A stretch of 64,000 nucleotides of DNA, from contig CAWGBN010000006.1 of NCBI GenBank assembly GCA_963820825.1, positions 640,001-704,000 of the forward strand, in the 5' to 3' direction. A model generated the notes under the pieces. It had not been told where the DNA came from. It searched no databases and saw nothing but the letters and a program-made list of their open reading frames with translations. The DNA comes from Vulcanimicrobiota bacterium (GTDB lineage Bacteria > Vulcanimicrobiota > Vulcanimicrobiia > Vulcanimicrobiales > Vulcanimicrobiaceae). Below are positions 19,071 to 29,136 of this stretch, one piece after another (position 1 is the first letter of the stretch; the number at the start of each line of letters is the position of its first letter). The translations under genes and the position numbers were made by a program.

Positions 19071-19814
19071 CTACACGCCGATCTGGGCCAAGATCGAAAA
19101 GTAGCGCTGGGTCTTGGGATTCTCCCACCAGTTTGCAACGATCGCTTCGAGCTCGGGTAGCGCGCGCAGCGCACCGACGTGCTCGTTGATCGCACGCGGA
19201 TTCGGTAAGGGCGCTTCAACCGCTGCGTGCAGCTTCTCGATCATCGCGTGCGCAGCGTGATCCTGAGGAAGCGCGGCGTGAAGCTCGTCGCGGGGAACGG
19301 CCGCCTGCGCACGCAGCAGCGGAAGCAGCGTCTCAGCCTGCGTGATCAGTTCCTCACCGGCGACCATTCCGGTATCGTCGGCGTCTTCGATCTCCTTGCG
19401 CAGGTCGTCGGTCGAGCTCGATGTTGCGGCCGCAACGCTTTCGAGCACGCGGCCTAACCGAGCGTTGACGTCGTCGGCGACCGGCATGAGCGCGTCGTTT
19501 CCGACCACGCCGAGCAGCGCGCGCGCATCGATTGCCGAGACGACCGTCGCTCCATCGAGCCGCTGAATCACGACGTTGCAGGGAAGCAAGAGCCCAAGCT
19601 GCGGTTCGGCCTGCAGCGCGCGGTGGGCTAACTCGGGATTACACGCGCCGAGAATTCGGTACGGCCGGAGCTCCGCACCGATCTTTTCCTGCAGCGTTCT
19701 GCCGACGTCGATCTCGCAAAGCACGCCGAAGCCTTCGTTGCGCAGAGCGGAGCGCGCGGCTTCGATGGCACCGTCGTAATCCAGCGGCGTCGTCACCGAT
19801 TTCCCGTACTTCAT
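19071..19814 (-). CDS. DUF302 domain protein with C-terminal helical extension
   Basis: GFGVLCEID, YRILGACNP, GLLLPCNVV. Confidence 0.85.
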   Translation of the reverse strand: MKYGKSVTTPLDYDGAIEAARSALRNEGFGVLCEIDVGRTLQEKIGAELRPYRILGACNPELAHRALQAEPQLGLLLPCNVVIQRLDGATVVSAIDARALLGVVGNDALMPVADDVNARLGRVLESVAAATSSSTDDLRKEIEDADDTGMVAGEELITQAETLLPLLRAQAAVPRDELHAALPQDHAAHAMIEKLHAAVEAPLPNPRAINEHVGALRALPELEAIVANWWENPKTQRYFSILAQIGV

Positions 19815-19914
19815 GGCTCCTATGCTGCGGCCTTGCCCCGGCAAATGCCTCCGTCGGAAGATTTTTGAGCGGCGGTTGATGGCTTCGCTCCGGTCCGAGC
19901 CGTACCATGAGGGC

Positions 19915-21336
19915 ATGCTTGCGGCGGTCTTGAGCGCGGGACTCCACACCTGGGCGTGCACGGTCGGGAAGATCAAGGCGCCCTCCACCTGCGGCACCTA
20001 CACCGTCTACGAGGACCGGGCAGCGGGAACCGGCCGCACGATCGATCTCAAGTTCATCGTGATCCACGCGATGCATCGCTCGAATCGCGCGATCGCTTGG
20101 AATCCCGGCGGTCCCGGCGCCTCGTCGACGGCGGCCGCCGAAACGATCGTCGACGGCAGCTTTGCACGCGAATTGATGATGCTGCGCGACCGGTACGACA
20201 TCTTGCTCGTCGATAATCGCGGGGCGGGCGGCTCGGCGCTGCAGCAATGCGATTTTGCACCGGCCGATCGCCCGCAGCTCTACTTCGCCCAGCTCTGGCC
20301 CGACGAGCTCGTCAGCCGTTGTCGCGCGCGTCTTGCCGAGCGTGCTAACTTGAGTCTCTATACGACCTCGATCGCGGCAGACGACTTGAACCAGCTGCGA
20401 GCCGCGCTCGGCTATCCCAAGCTCGTGCTCGACGGAGCCTCGTATGGAACGCGCTTCTATCTCGTTTACGCGCGCAGGCACCCCGAGAGCGTCGAGAGCA
20501 TCGTGCTCGACGGCGTCGCACCGCCACACTTCCTCATCATTCCGCTCGAAGACGCGCGCGGCGCGCAAGATGCGATGACGAAACTGATCGCCGAATGTAA
20601 GGCCGACGCCGGCTGCAACGGGCATTTTCCCCAGTTGGACCATCATTTCGATGCGCTCGTGCGCCGTTTCGATCGAGCCAGCGTCGTCGTGCCGCTCGAG
20701 AAGGCGAAGACGGGGCGCGTGGCGCGCGTCCGGCTTTCCAAGGAAGTCTTTGCCGATCGCCTTCGGCAGCTGCTCTACTATCCCGAATCGGCGAAGTATG
20801 CGCCGTTCGTGATCGACCGGGCCTATCGGGGCGATTACGGACCGCTGGCGATGATGGTGAACGTGCTCACGCTTGGCTTCGGCCAGATCCTCGCCGAGGG
20901 CCAGAATCTCTCGGTGACGTGCGCCGAGGACATACCGTTCATTACCGAGAGCGCGGTTGCGACCACGAGCGCAGACTCGTTCGAAGGCGACGAGCGCGTT
21001 CGCGCGCAGCAACGCGCCTGCCGCATGTGGAGCGTCGAGGCGGTGCCGGCGAGCTTCAACGAACCGGTGCGCAGCGATGCGCCGATCCTGATGATCTCCG
21101 GCAGCGACGACCCGACGAGTCCGCCGCAATACGCGCAGCGGGCGCTTCCCTATCTTCCAAATGCTCGAATCTTGTTGATGAAGAACGCCGGGCATGCGAC
21201 GGAGACGACCTGTTCCGACGCGCTGATCGTCGCATTCGTCCACGCCCAAAGCGCGCAGGGGCTCGACCTCAGCCGCTGCGGCGGCGCGTATCGCCGGCCT
21301 GCGTTCGCGACCTCGATGGCCGGCTTCGGGGATTAG
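19915..21336 (+). CDS. Alpha/beta hydrolase with TAP-like C-terminus
   Basis: NPGGPG, DNRGAG, GASYG, VLDG, SDDP, AGH. Confidence 0.88.
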   Translation: MLAAVLSAGLHTWACTVGKIKAPSTCGTYTVYEDRAAGTGRTIDLKFIVIHAMHRSNRAIAWNPGGPGASSTAAAETIVDGSFARELMMLRDRYDILLVDNRGAGGSALQQCDFAPADRPQLYFAQLWPDELVSRCRARLAERANLSLYTTSIAADDLNQLRAALGYPKLVLDGASYGTRFYLVYARRHPESVESIVLDGVAPPHFLIIPLEDARGAQDAMTKLIAECKADAGCNGHFPQLDHHFDALVRRFDRASVVVPLEKAKTGRVARVRLSKEVFADRLRQLLYYPESAKYAPFVIDRAYRGDYGPLAMMVNVLTLGFGQILAEGQNLSVTCAEDIPFITESAVATTSADSFEGDERVRAQQRACRMWSVEAVPASFNEPVRSDAPILMISGSDDPTSPPQYAQRALPYLPNARILLMKNAGHATETTCSDALIVAFVHAQSAQGLDLSRCGGAYRRPAFATSMAGFGD

Positions 21337-21378
21337 GATCGAAGGACCAACGGAGACGCCGATAAAATGGAGACGGGC

Positions 21379-21954
21379 ATGTCGAACATTGCGTGGGAGT
21401 CCGATTACCAGGGCGCGCTCGAACGCGCGCGTGCCGAGCGAAAGTTCGTCTTTCTGGACGTCTTCAACCCTGGTTGAGGGGGATGCCAAGCGCTGGATAC
21501 CGTGACGTATCCGCAGACCGAGGTCGCCGAAGCGATTCTCGCCCATAGCATTCCCGTTCAATTCGACAACTCAAAGAAAGAGAACAACGTTTTCCTGCAC
21601 GGCATCCACCACATCTGGACGCCGGACGTTCGCATTCTCTACCACGACGGGTTCGAGCTCTACCGCTGGGATGGTTTCCTGCCGCCTGCGGAGTTCGCGG
21701 CGCGAACGCTCTGCGGGTTCGGTCTTGCCTATCTTCGACTGAAGCGCTTCGAGCAGGCCGAGGAAGTCTACGTCGACGTCCTCAAGCGCTTCTCGACGAC
21801 CTACGCGGCGCCCGAGGCGCAGTATTATCTCGGCGTCACGCGTTACCGGCGAGATCCGGACAGCGACGAGCTATTGACCCAGTGGGCAAATCTCCGCTCG
21901 CGCTATCCCGAGAGCGAGTATCGCGTCAAGCAGTCGTTCAAAGATTTTCCGTAG
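21379..21954 (+). CDS. Thioredoxin-fold protein with TPR-like tail; predicted selenoprotein (UGGC, Sec at codon 33)
   Basis: GGAG RBS and ATG at 21379, in frame through TGA 21475-21477 into ORF 21502-21954: ...FVFLDVFNPG-U-GGCQALDTVTY...WTP. Confidence 0.82.
21493..21516 (+). promoter_or_regulatory. Candidate bacterial SECIS hairpin
   Basis: GGATAC/GTATCC stem with CGTGAC loop beginning 23 nt after the TGA. Confidence 0.55.
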
Positions 21955-22498
21955 GCCTGCGAAGCGACGACTCGATCGACGCGCGCAGCTCGGACGACGG
22001 GGCGTTCCAAAGATCGGTAAACGACTTGAGGATGCGGGCCGTCAGTCCCCAGATATGGTGCCCGCCGTAATCGAAGGCATAAAGCGTTCGTCCGAGCGTC
22101 TTGCTTCGCGTGGTATCCTCGCGCACGGCACCCGGTTCGACGATCGCTGCCAGCGGAACGGTAAAGACGCCAACGGTCTCGGTGTGATCGATCGTCAACG
22201 GCGCGCCGGGATCGAGAATGCCGACCATCGGGGTAACGAGAAAGCGGTTGGCGACCTGCCGTACGCCGGGGAGTTGCCCGACGATGCGAACCCGATCCGA
22301 AGCAACTCCGACCTCCTCGTGCAGCTCGCGCAGCGCCGTGACCGCCGGATTGCCGCCGTCGCCCGGATCGGCGATCCCGCCGGGAAGCGCGACCTGGTTT
22401 GCATGGCGGCGAAGATGCCCGGCGCGCTCGATAAAGACGACGCCGTGCGGAGCGTCGGCGAAGACCGCAAAGATAACCGCCGCGTCTCTCCACTCCAT
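21938..22498 (-). CDS. NUDIX hydrolase, CoA pyrophosphatase type
   Basis: RAGHLRRHANQVALPGG, ALRELHEEVG, IWGLTA. Confidence 0.9.
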   Translation of the reverse strand: MEWRDAAVIFAVFADAPHGVVFIERAGHLRRHANQVALPGGIADPGDGGNPAVTALRELHEEVGVASDRVRIVGQLPGVRQVANRFLVTPMVGILDPGAPLTIDHTETVGVFTVPLAAIVEPGAVREDTTRSKTLGRTLYAFDYGGHHIWGLTARILKSFTDLWNAPSSELRASIESSLRRPTENL

Positions 22499-22527
22499 CG
22501 TGTGCCTTTGCGGCGGATTGCCGGCCC

Positions 22528-22959
22528 TTAGGGAGTGGCGGTCGAGGTGCTTGCGCGGATTCGCGCGACCTGAGCCGGGCTTACCGTAGAAGCTTGATTG
22601 CCCCACGCGGTGCGAATGTAGGTGACGACGGCGGCGACGTCGGCGTCCGAAAGCCAATTTCTCCAGCCGGGCATCCCGCCGGTGTAGCGATGACCTCGTA
22701 CCGTGATGTCAACGAGCATCCCGTTGAGGGTCGCAGCGATTGCGGCGCTCGGATCTTTCGCCGTGACGTGCGGATTCTTGGCCAGTGGAGGAAACGTTCC
22801 GATAACGCCTTCGCCCGTTGCCTCGTGGCAGATGGCGCAACGGTCTTGGTAGATTGCGGCACCGTTCGGTGCGGCATCGGCCGGTCCGTCGCGGAGCAAT
22901 GCGAACGCGCATGCGACAGCGATGGAAACGGCGGCGAGCATGCTCTTCGTACTCATCAT
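22528..22959 (-). CDS. Monoheme cytochrome c
   Basis: Signal peptide, CAICH, FPPLA, MP axial Met. Confidence 0.9.
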   Translation of the reverse strand: MMSTKSMLAAVSIAVACAFALLRDGPADAAPNGAAIYQDRCAICHEATGEGVIGTFPPLAKNPHVTAKDPSAAIAATLNGMLVDITVRGHRYTGGMPGWRNWLSDADVAAVVTYIRTAWGNQASTVSPAQVARIRASTSTATP

Positions 22960-22977
22960 GAGCGACTCTCTACGCCG

Positions 22978-24330
22978 CTAGAGAGCGACGGTCATGCCGC
23001 GTTCGGCCGCGCTCGCCGCGACGCCGCGCTCTTTGAGAAGGGCGGCGAGCGCCGCAGCGCTCCCCGGCTCGGCGTGGACGAGATAGACGTTCACGTTGGT
23101 CGAGCCGATGGTTCCGAGCCAGCGCAGCAGTTCGGATTGGTCTGCGTGAGCGCTGAAGCCCGCGAGATGAACGATCGTTGCCCGAACGATCAAGCGGTCT
23201 CCGAAGATGCGAACCGGGCTCGTTCCGTCGATGATGAGACGCCCCAGCGTTCCGTGGACTTGGTAACCGGGAAAGACGATCGTCGCGCGCGGGTTGCAGA
23301 GATGGCGATGCAGATGGTGCAGGATGCGCCCGCCCGTGGCCATGCCGCTCGAGGCGAGAACGATGACCGGACCGCTGACCGCGTCGATCGCCTTCGACTG
23401 CTCGGCGGTGACGTCGAGCGTAACGTTTCGGCAGCCGAACGGCGCGCCGTCGCGATGTGGTAACGGCTTACACGCCTGGGGGTAACGCGCAAAGACCGCA
23501 TCGACTTCGATCGCCATCGGGCTGTCGAGGTGAACCGGAATCTTCGCAAGCGCCAGCTCGGTCTCTTGAAGCCGGCCGATTGCGACGAGCAAGTCTTGTG
23601 CCCGCTCGACTGCGAACGTCGGTATCACGATCGGGCCCCCGCGCTCGATTCCATCGAGCAAGGTCGCGCGCAGTATCTCGAGCGAGTCGGACGGGTGAAT
23701 GCGGTTGCCGTAGGTCGCCTCGCAGACCACCGTATCGGCCGCTTCGAGCGGCGTCGGATCGTCGAGCAGCGCCGAATCGTAGCGTCCGACGTCGCCGGAG
23801 AAGATCGTTCGTCTTCCTGCGCATTGCATCGACACGTAGGCAGCGCCGATGATGTGTCCGACGCCGTGATACCTCAAGCGCGCGCCGCAGACGTCGAAAT
23901 CCGTCTCCAATGGAACGGCCTCGAGCTGTCGAAGCGCCGTCCGCACGTCGGCATCGGTGAAGAACGGCGACAAGCCGTGCGAGCGCTCGTGAGAGAATCC
24001 ACGCTCGTGCATATGCCGCTGCAGATGGGCCGCATCCTCGAGCACGATTGCGATAACGTCGGCGGTCGGTGGCGTGCAGTAGATCGGGCCGCGGTATCCG
24101 TCGCGCACGATCTTCGGCAGATAGCCGACGTGGTCGAGATGGCCGTGCGTGATCACGATCGCCTGGAGTTCCGCAGGAGCGATAGGAAGCGGCGCGTGAT
24201 TGAGCGCTTCGATCTCGCGCGGCCCTTGGAAGAGGCCGCAATCGACGAAGAGACTCTTACCGGTGACGGTGACGAGGTGCTTGCTCCCCGTGACGGTGCC
24301 GGCCGCGCCGACGAACGTGAGCTCAGCCAC
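22978..24330 (-). CDS. MBL-fold beta-CASP ribonuclease
   Basis: GAAGTVTGS, THGHLDH, FSAHAD, VHAE. Confidence 0.92.
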   Translation of the reverse strand: MAELTFVGAAGTVTGSKHLVTVTGKSLFVDCGLFQGPREIEALNHAPLPIAPAELQAIVITHGHLDHVGYLPKIVRDGYRGPIYCTPPTADVIAIVLEDAAHLQRHMHERGFSHERSHGLSPFFTDADVRTALRQLEAVPLETDFDVCGARLRYHGVGHIIGAAYVSMQCAGRRTIFSGDVGRYDSALLDDPTPLEAADTVVCEATYGNRIHPSDSLEILRATLLDGIERGGPIVIPTFAVERAQDLLVAIGRLQETELALAKIPVHLDSPMAIEVDAVFARYPQACKPLPHRDGAPFGCRNVTLDVTAEQSKAIDAVSGPVIVLASSGMATGGRILHHLHRHLCNPRATIVFPGYQVHGTLGRLIIDGTSPVRIFGDRLIVRATIVHLAGFSAHADQSELLRWLGTIGSTNVNVYLVHAEPGSAAALAALLKERGVAASAAERGMTVAL

Positions 24331-24898
24331 GCGGCGCTTGAAAGGCGATCGATGTCGAACGGCCGCCGCCGGTAAACTGCTGCGTGCAGCGGTCGATCAA
24401 GCGTTCAGGGCTCTCTTCCTCGACGAGCACGGCGCCCGTCTCCTTATTGAAGAGCGCGGCGATCTCGGCGAAGTGATTCGATATGCCGCCCGACTTCAAT
24501 AAGACGCCGACCAGCTTGCCCTCGTCGTACGCGATGCAAAACTCGCCGAGCGTCCCGCTACGGCCGCCGATGAAGATGACGAAATCGGAGCTGTGAATGT
24601 TAGCGATCTCGCGTCCCATGAGCCCCGATCCGGTGAAGACCATCGTCGTGTACGGATCGGTCGGCGATTCGTATACCTGGACGTGCTCTTCGGGTGAATG
24701 CGCGGGCGAAATTCCGAGGCTCTCGCCACCGGCGTCGTGCGCGCCGAGCACCGCAGCGTGAGGAAGTCCGGGGCACGCTCCGGTGACGATCACCGCTCCG
24801 CTGCGGGCGATGCTCGCGCCGACGCGTCGTGCCAACGCGACGTCGTGGTCGCTCAGCGCTCCGCCGGACGACCCCATCACGCCGATCTGCATTCTCAC
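24323..24898 (-). CDS. LOG/Rossmann-fold nucleotide-binding protein
   Basis: IGVMGS, TGACPG, GGRSGTLGE. Confidence 0.85.
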   Translation of the reverse strand: MRMQIGVMGSSGGALSDHDVALARRVGASIARSGAVIVTGACPGLPHAAVLGAHDAGGESLGISPAHSPEEHVQVYESPTDPYTTMVFTGSGLMGREIANIHSSDFVIFIGGRSGTLGEFCIAYDEGKLVGVLLKSGGISNHFAEIAALFNKETGAVLVEEESPERLIDRCTQQFTGGGRSTSIAFQAPRG

Positions 24899-25959
24899 GG
24901 GCTCAAGCTACCTCGGCCCGCGTTCTCCCACCCGAGAACGCGAGCTACCAGTTCGGTGCGGTTCCGGCTCCGCGTCTTGTCGACCATGCTCCTGACATGA
25001 TGCTGAACGGTTGAGTGGGCGATGTTCAGCTTGCGGCCGATCTCCTCGAGCTGCTCTCCATCGAGCAGCATCGCCAGTACCTGCAGCTCACGAGGCGAGA
25101 TATGATAGCGTGCGGCCGGCCCTCTGAGCGATTTCGGCGGCCTAAGCCGGTCGATGCGTACGCCGATGAAGAGTCCTGCGGGGCCTGACATTGGCTGCGT
25201 TCGCACGACTAAAAACGGAACGGGACGAGCGATGCCGGCCGCCTGCGTGCCGGACTCCTTACGCCAGCCGGCGATCAGCCCTCGCACGGCTTCTTCGAGC
25301 ACTCCGGGTAGACGATCGGCAATCCGCGTGCGTAGCCCGGTAAGTGCGACGCGGCGTTGCTGTTCGGACGTCCATGCCAGCACGATCTGAAAGTCGCGGT
25401 TTAGAACGTAGAACGATTCGCCCGAATCTTCCAGCGACTCGGCGTGTCGCGCTTCGTCGTCGAGTCGCTCGTCTACGTCGCGCGCAGTGGAGCGTTCGGT
25501 CTTGGGATCATCGAGACGCAGCGCCGAGAGGCGCTCCGACGTCGCATCGAGTGAGAGCGCCAAGACGCTGATTTCGCTCGAGGTGAAAGGTCCCAACTCG
25601 CCCGTGCGCAGGAGCGTGAGAATTCCAAAGCTGGCCTGGGAGTCGGCGAACAGCAGGGTGATTCCGCTTTCGAAATCGCCGAGCGGACCGAGCGTCGCAG
25701 CGATGCGCGGGCCTTTCTTCACCTTCCCGCGCTGGCGGGCGAACTCGTCCCTGAGCCCCACCAGGTCGCCGCCGTTTCCCCGGGAGTCGAGCAAGAGACC
25801 AGCTAGCTCTCCGTCGGCCATGAAGCGCGCAAAGGCCCAGCGCGAGGCCGGCACCACGCGCAGGATCGCTTTAATGATCGGATACGCCGGATCCGACTCC
25901 GGCACGAAGTCGGCCCGGGCCGTCAGGTCAGGCGATTTCGCAGGATCGGAGCTTTTCAC
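24895..25959 (-). CDS. LuxR-family regulator with uncharacterised N-terminal sensor region
   Basis: C-terminal ISPRELQVL...IGRKLNIAHSTVQHH...RNRTEL. Confidence 0.85.
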   Translation of the reverse strand: MKSSDPAKSPDLTARADFVPESDPAYPIIKAILRVVPASRWAFARFMADGELAGLLLDSRGNGGDLVGLRDEFARQRGKVKKGPRIAATLGPLGDFESGITLLFADSQASFGILTLLRTGELGPFTSSEISVLALSLDATSERLSALRLDDPKTERSTARDVDERLDDEARHAESLEDSGESFYVLNRDFQIVLAWTSEQQRRVALTGLRTRIADRLPGVLEEAVRGLIAGWRKESGTQAAGIARPVPFLVVRTQPMSGPAGLFIGVRIDRLRPPKSLRGPAARYHISPRELQVLAMLLDGEQLEEIGRKLNIAHSTVQHHVRSMVDKTRSRNRTELVARVLGWENAGRGSLSP

Positions 25960-26075
25960 GATGGTCAGTCTCTCGCGCCAATGGTATGCTAAACAGGCTT
26001 GTTCCTCTAAGCGGCGACGTACTGCCTCCCCGCGACGGCGACAAATTGCATCGTCCGCCTGAAAGCGTGATTAAT

Positions 26076-26468
26076 ATGGCTCGCGTATGTTTGGCCGTGG
26101 ATCGGAAGGATATCCCGTTGCTCGCGGCCGCGCTCAAAGGTGCCGGCGAGCCGGGCCGCGCGGTTCTCACCCATCTCGACGTGGCCACATTGGGAAAGCT
26201 GGCGCCCGACATTCTCATCGCCGACATCGATCAACAGAAGGTCGATTCGCTCGAAATGTTGCGCCAACTGCGCTTCGTTTTACCGGAGTGCGTCATCGTA
26301 GTTTATACCGGAGCCGGAAGGCGGGCGTGGGCTCGCGCATGCCATCTCGCAGGCGCCAGTTGCGTACTCTCCAAAGAATCGCGCGAACCGCTACTGGTAT
26401 CCGGCTTGCAGTACGCAATACAGTCTGGCTGCTTTACCGATCCGCGCCTTCTTCGTAGCGTGGCCTAA
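26076..26468 (+). CDS. Atypical stand-alone receiver-like protein
   Basis: PDILIADID, IVVYT, AGASCVLSK. Confidence 0.65.
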   Translation: MARVCLAVDRKDIPLLAAALKGAGEPGRAVLTHLDVATLGKLAPDILIADIDQQKVDSLEMLRQLRFVLPECVIVVYTGAGRRAWARACHLAGASCVLSKESREPLLVSGLQYAIQSGCFTDPRLLRSVA

Positions 26469-26470
26469 CG

Positions 26471-26680
26471 ATGAACCCGATGGAGCGTGTCTGGATGCGC
26501 ATGAAGACGAGCGCGGCGAAATCTGCGGGTCAAAAGATCGTAGCTAGCATCCAAGACTCGAGAAATACGGTGCTCAAGCTCTGCCGCCAAGAAAAAGCCC
26601 AGACGCCGCCGCGAGAGGCGCTGCAGTTCCTTGTCAAGGAACTACAGCGCCTTACGCTGGAGGCACAGAATCTGGAGTAA
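26471..26680 (+). CDS. Small hypothetical protein
   Basis: ATG ORF tightly packed between neighbours. Confidence 0.45.
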   Translation: MNPMERVWMRMKTSAAKSAGQKIVASIQDSRNTVLKLCRQEKAQTPPREALQFLVKELQRLTLEAQNLE

Positions 26681-26706
26681 AAAGGGGAAGCGCCGATCAT
26701 TTGCCG

Positions 26707-27291
26707 ATGCGCCTATACCTAATCCGTCATGGTGAGACCGAATGGACGCTCTCGGGGCGCCACACGGGGCTCACGGATATTCCGCTGACCGCTCGTGGAG
26801 AAGGCGAGGCGCGCGAACTCAAGCCACTGCTTGCGCATATCAATTTCTCCGCGGTGTTCACGAGCCCGAGGCAGCGCGCGCGGCGGACGTGTGAGTTGGC
26901 GGGGCTCGGCCCGATCGCCACCATTGAGCCCGAGCTAGGGGAATGGAACTACGGCGACTACGAGGGACGGCGATCCATAGATATCGACGAGGAACGACCC
27001 GGCTGGAACCTCTTTCGCGACGGTTGCCCCCACGGAGAGATGCCGGGAGACGTCTCGGCTCGCGCCGACCGGCTCATTGCGCACCTTTGCGAGTCCAACG
27101 GCAACATCGCGCTCTTTTCGCACGGTCACTTCGGATGCGTCTTAGCCGTTCGCTGGATCGGATTGCCGGTGGTCGACGGGCAGCATTTCTCGCTGGCTCC
27201 GGCGTCGCTCAGCGCTCTCGGTTACGACCCGGGCCATCCTGACGTGCGCGCGATCGCACTCTGGAACGCGACGCTTCGTTTACAGACTTAG
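26707..27291 (+). CDS. Histidine phosphatase family protein
   Basis: LIRHGETEW, SPRQRA, EWNYGDYEG, FSHG. Confidence 0.92.
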   Translation: MRLYLIRHGETEWTLSGRHTGLTDIPLTARGEGEARELKPLLAHINFSAVFTSPRQRARRTCELAGLGPIATIEPELGEWNYGDYEGRRSIDIDEERPGWNLFRDGCPHGEMPGDVSARADRLIAHLCESNGNIALFSHGHFGCVLAVRWIGLPVVDGQHFSLAPASLSALGYDPGHPDVRAIALWNATLRLQT

Positions 27292-27950
27292 AAGGGAAAG
27301 TCGCCTTGCGTCAAGCCGACGTTCGTTTTGAAATCGCTGATCGATTCGTCGAGCACGATCTGCGATCCCGAATACATGATCTGCCGGATCGGCCAGTGCG
27401 TCTCTTTTGAGAGATAGAGGATTTGGTCGCTGACGTCGTGATTCGATGCCGGATCGGCAACCTTGAGCTCCACGCGATCCGTTGCTATGCCGCCAAGTTC
27501 GCCGCCGTCGATCTGCGTGAGTCTCCCGGGAATGGTCGCATAGTCGTCGATGACGCTCGGCAATAGCCCCTCGGGAATCGTAACGCCGCGCAGCGAGACC
27601 GCTCGCGGATCGCGCACGCCAATCTTCAGATGGATTCCGGAAAGAATGCCGCCCAGATGGCCGCTTACCTGATCCCCGCCGACCCATACGCCGCCCGCGC
27701 CTTTGCCGTCACCATCGAGGATCAGCGTCTTGACGTAGTGCGGCTTCATGACGACGTACTGATAGACGCGGTCCTGCGTTTGCGTTCCCTTCACCTCGCG
27801 AACGTGCAGAATACACGTGTAGTCGCTGACGCCGGCAAACGCTCGGTCGAACGCCGCGATCGCCGGCACCTCGTTTGCCGCCCTCGCGGCGACGCAACTC
27901 GCCCCGGCGAGCGCAACGAAGAGCGGTAACGCATATCCATACCTGCGCAT
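27288..27950 (-). CDS. Secreted LolA-like fold protein
   Basis: Signal peptide; VSDYTC...MKP...KETHWP...FKTNVGLTQGDF. Confidence 0.65.
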   Translation of the reverse strand: MRRYGYALPLFVALAGASCVAARAANEVPAIAAFDRAFAGVSDYTCILHVREVKGTQTQDRVYQYVVMKPHYVKTLILDGDGKGAGGVWVGGDQVSGHLGGILSGIHLKIGVRDPRAVSLRGVTIPEGLLPSVIDDYATIPGRLTQIDGGELGGIATDRVELKVADPASNHDVSDQILYLSKETHWPIRQIMYSGSQIVLDESISDFKTNVGLTQGDFPF

Positions 27951-28060
27951 CGAGCTATTTCGGCTTAGGAGAGTGAGGCATTCTGTTTCCTCCGTTCCTT
28001 CAGGGACTGAAATAATCCCCGAAAAAAGTGAAGGAAGTCTAAACGTACGGTTTCAAAGCC

Positions 28061-29083
28061 TCACTGCCGCACGACGAGGTCGGTGGGGACGTCCAGCGCG
28101 GTCTTCTTTCCCGTAATCACGGATCGCGGCTTTACGTTGCCTTTCGCGCCCGCCGCAAAGACCAGCACGCTATCGATTCCCGAACCATGGCTGCAGTAGT
28201 GACAGACGGTCACGTAGAGATTGTCTTTGCTATCGAGCGCGAGACCGCTCGGCGCCCCGAGATGCGTCTGCGACCCGGAAATGGTGCGAATCGGCTTTGC
28301 CGGCCCCGACGCAGTCGGTGCAAAGACTTGAATGTCTTTCGCTAGGAGGTTCCCGGCGTACACGTTTAGGTGCGAATCGACCGCGATCGACCGTATGCTA
28401 TCGCCGTGCTTATGCTCGGGTTCCTGAATCTCTCTGATGAGATTGTTTCCTTGCGACTCAGGAGAGAATTCGGAGATCAAATTGTCGCCCGACGTCACGT
28501 AAAGGTCGTCGTTGGAATCGACGGCCTCCGAAATCGTACAGCCGCTGGTCAGCCCGATTACGCGAACCGGGGCGACGTTGCCGTTGGCTTTCGGAGCGAA
28601 GACCTTCACGTTGCCGTAGCCGCAATCGGCGACGTAGAGATACCCTTTTGAGTCGACCGCCACGCCAATCGGAAACAAAAGGCCGGTATTACTCCCGGAA
28701 ATCTTACGTATTCTGCGCGCGTTGCCGTGCGCGCTCGCCGCAAAGACGCCGATCGTCTTGCCGTCGATGGAGGTGTAGATGTTATCGGATGAATCGAGAG
28801 CGATGTTATCCGGGTTACCTAGGCCGGTATGCTTGCCGCTGATGACGAGAGACGGGGCTGGACTGCCGTGCGCGGTCAGCGGATAACCCGTGATGCGGTG
28901 CCCGCTGAAATTCGCTACGAGGATCGAGGACGGCAGCGCGTTTCCCCGGCTCTCCTGCGCAAGCCCGGCGAGCCCCGGAGAGATTACCGGCGGTGCAACC
29001 TTGCCTCCGCCACAACCAGAAAGCAGAACGATGCTTGAAAGGATTAGGCTTCCCGACAAGGCGCGTCTCTCGCAAATTTTCAT
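28061..29083 (-). CDS. NHL-repeat beta-propeller lipoprotein
   Basis: LSGC lipobox; repeated P.G.A.DS...LYV...VFAP.A.GN..P.R.I.G. Confidence 0.85.
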   Translation of the reverse strand: MKICERRALSGSLILSSIVLLSGCGGGKVAPPVISPGLAGLAQESRGNALPSSILVANFSGHRITGYPLTAHGSPAPSLVISGKHTGLGNPDNIALDSSDNIYTSIDGKTIGVFAASAHGNARRIRKISGSNTGLLFPIGVAVDSKGYLYVADCGYGNVKVFAPKANGNVAPVRVIGLTSGCTISEAVDSNDDLYVTSGDNLISEFSPESQGNNLIREIQEPEHKHGDSIRSIAVDSHLNVYAGNLLAKDIQVFAPTASGPAKPIRTISGSQTHLGAPSGLALDSKDNLYVTVCHYCSHGSGIDSVLVFAAGAKGNVKPRSVITGKKTALDVPTDLVVRQ

Positions 29084-29136
29084 ATTTCGCCCCTCCAAAA
29101 AGAGCAACGCAGCGGTCTATTCCTTCGAGGCTCAGC

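Noticed and set aside
19639..21561. 640-aa minus-strand ORF
   Set aside because: Antisense to a clear alpha/beta hydrolase; typical high-GC shadow ORF
21502..21954. Stand-alone 150-aa ORF starting at GTG
   Set aside because: Lacks the N-terminal thioredoxin strand and active site, which lie in frame upstream of the TGA
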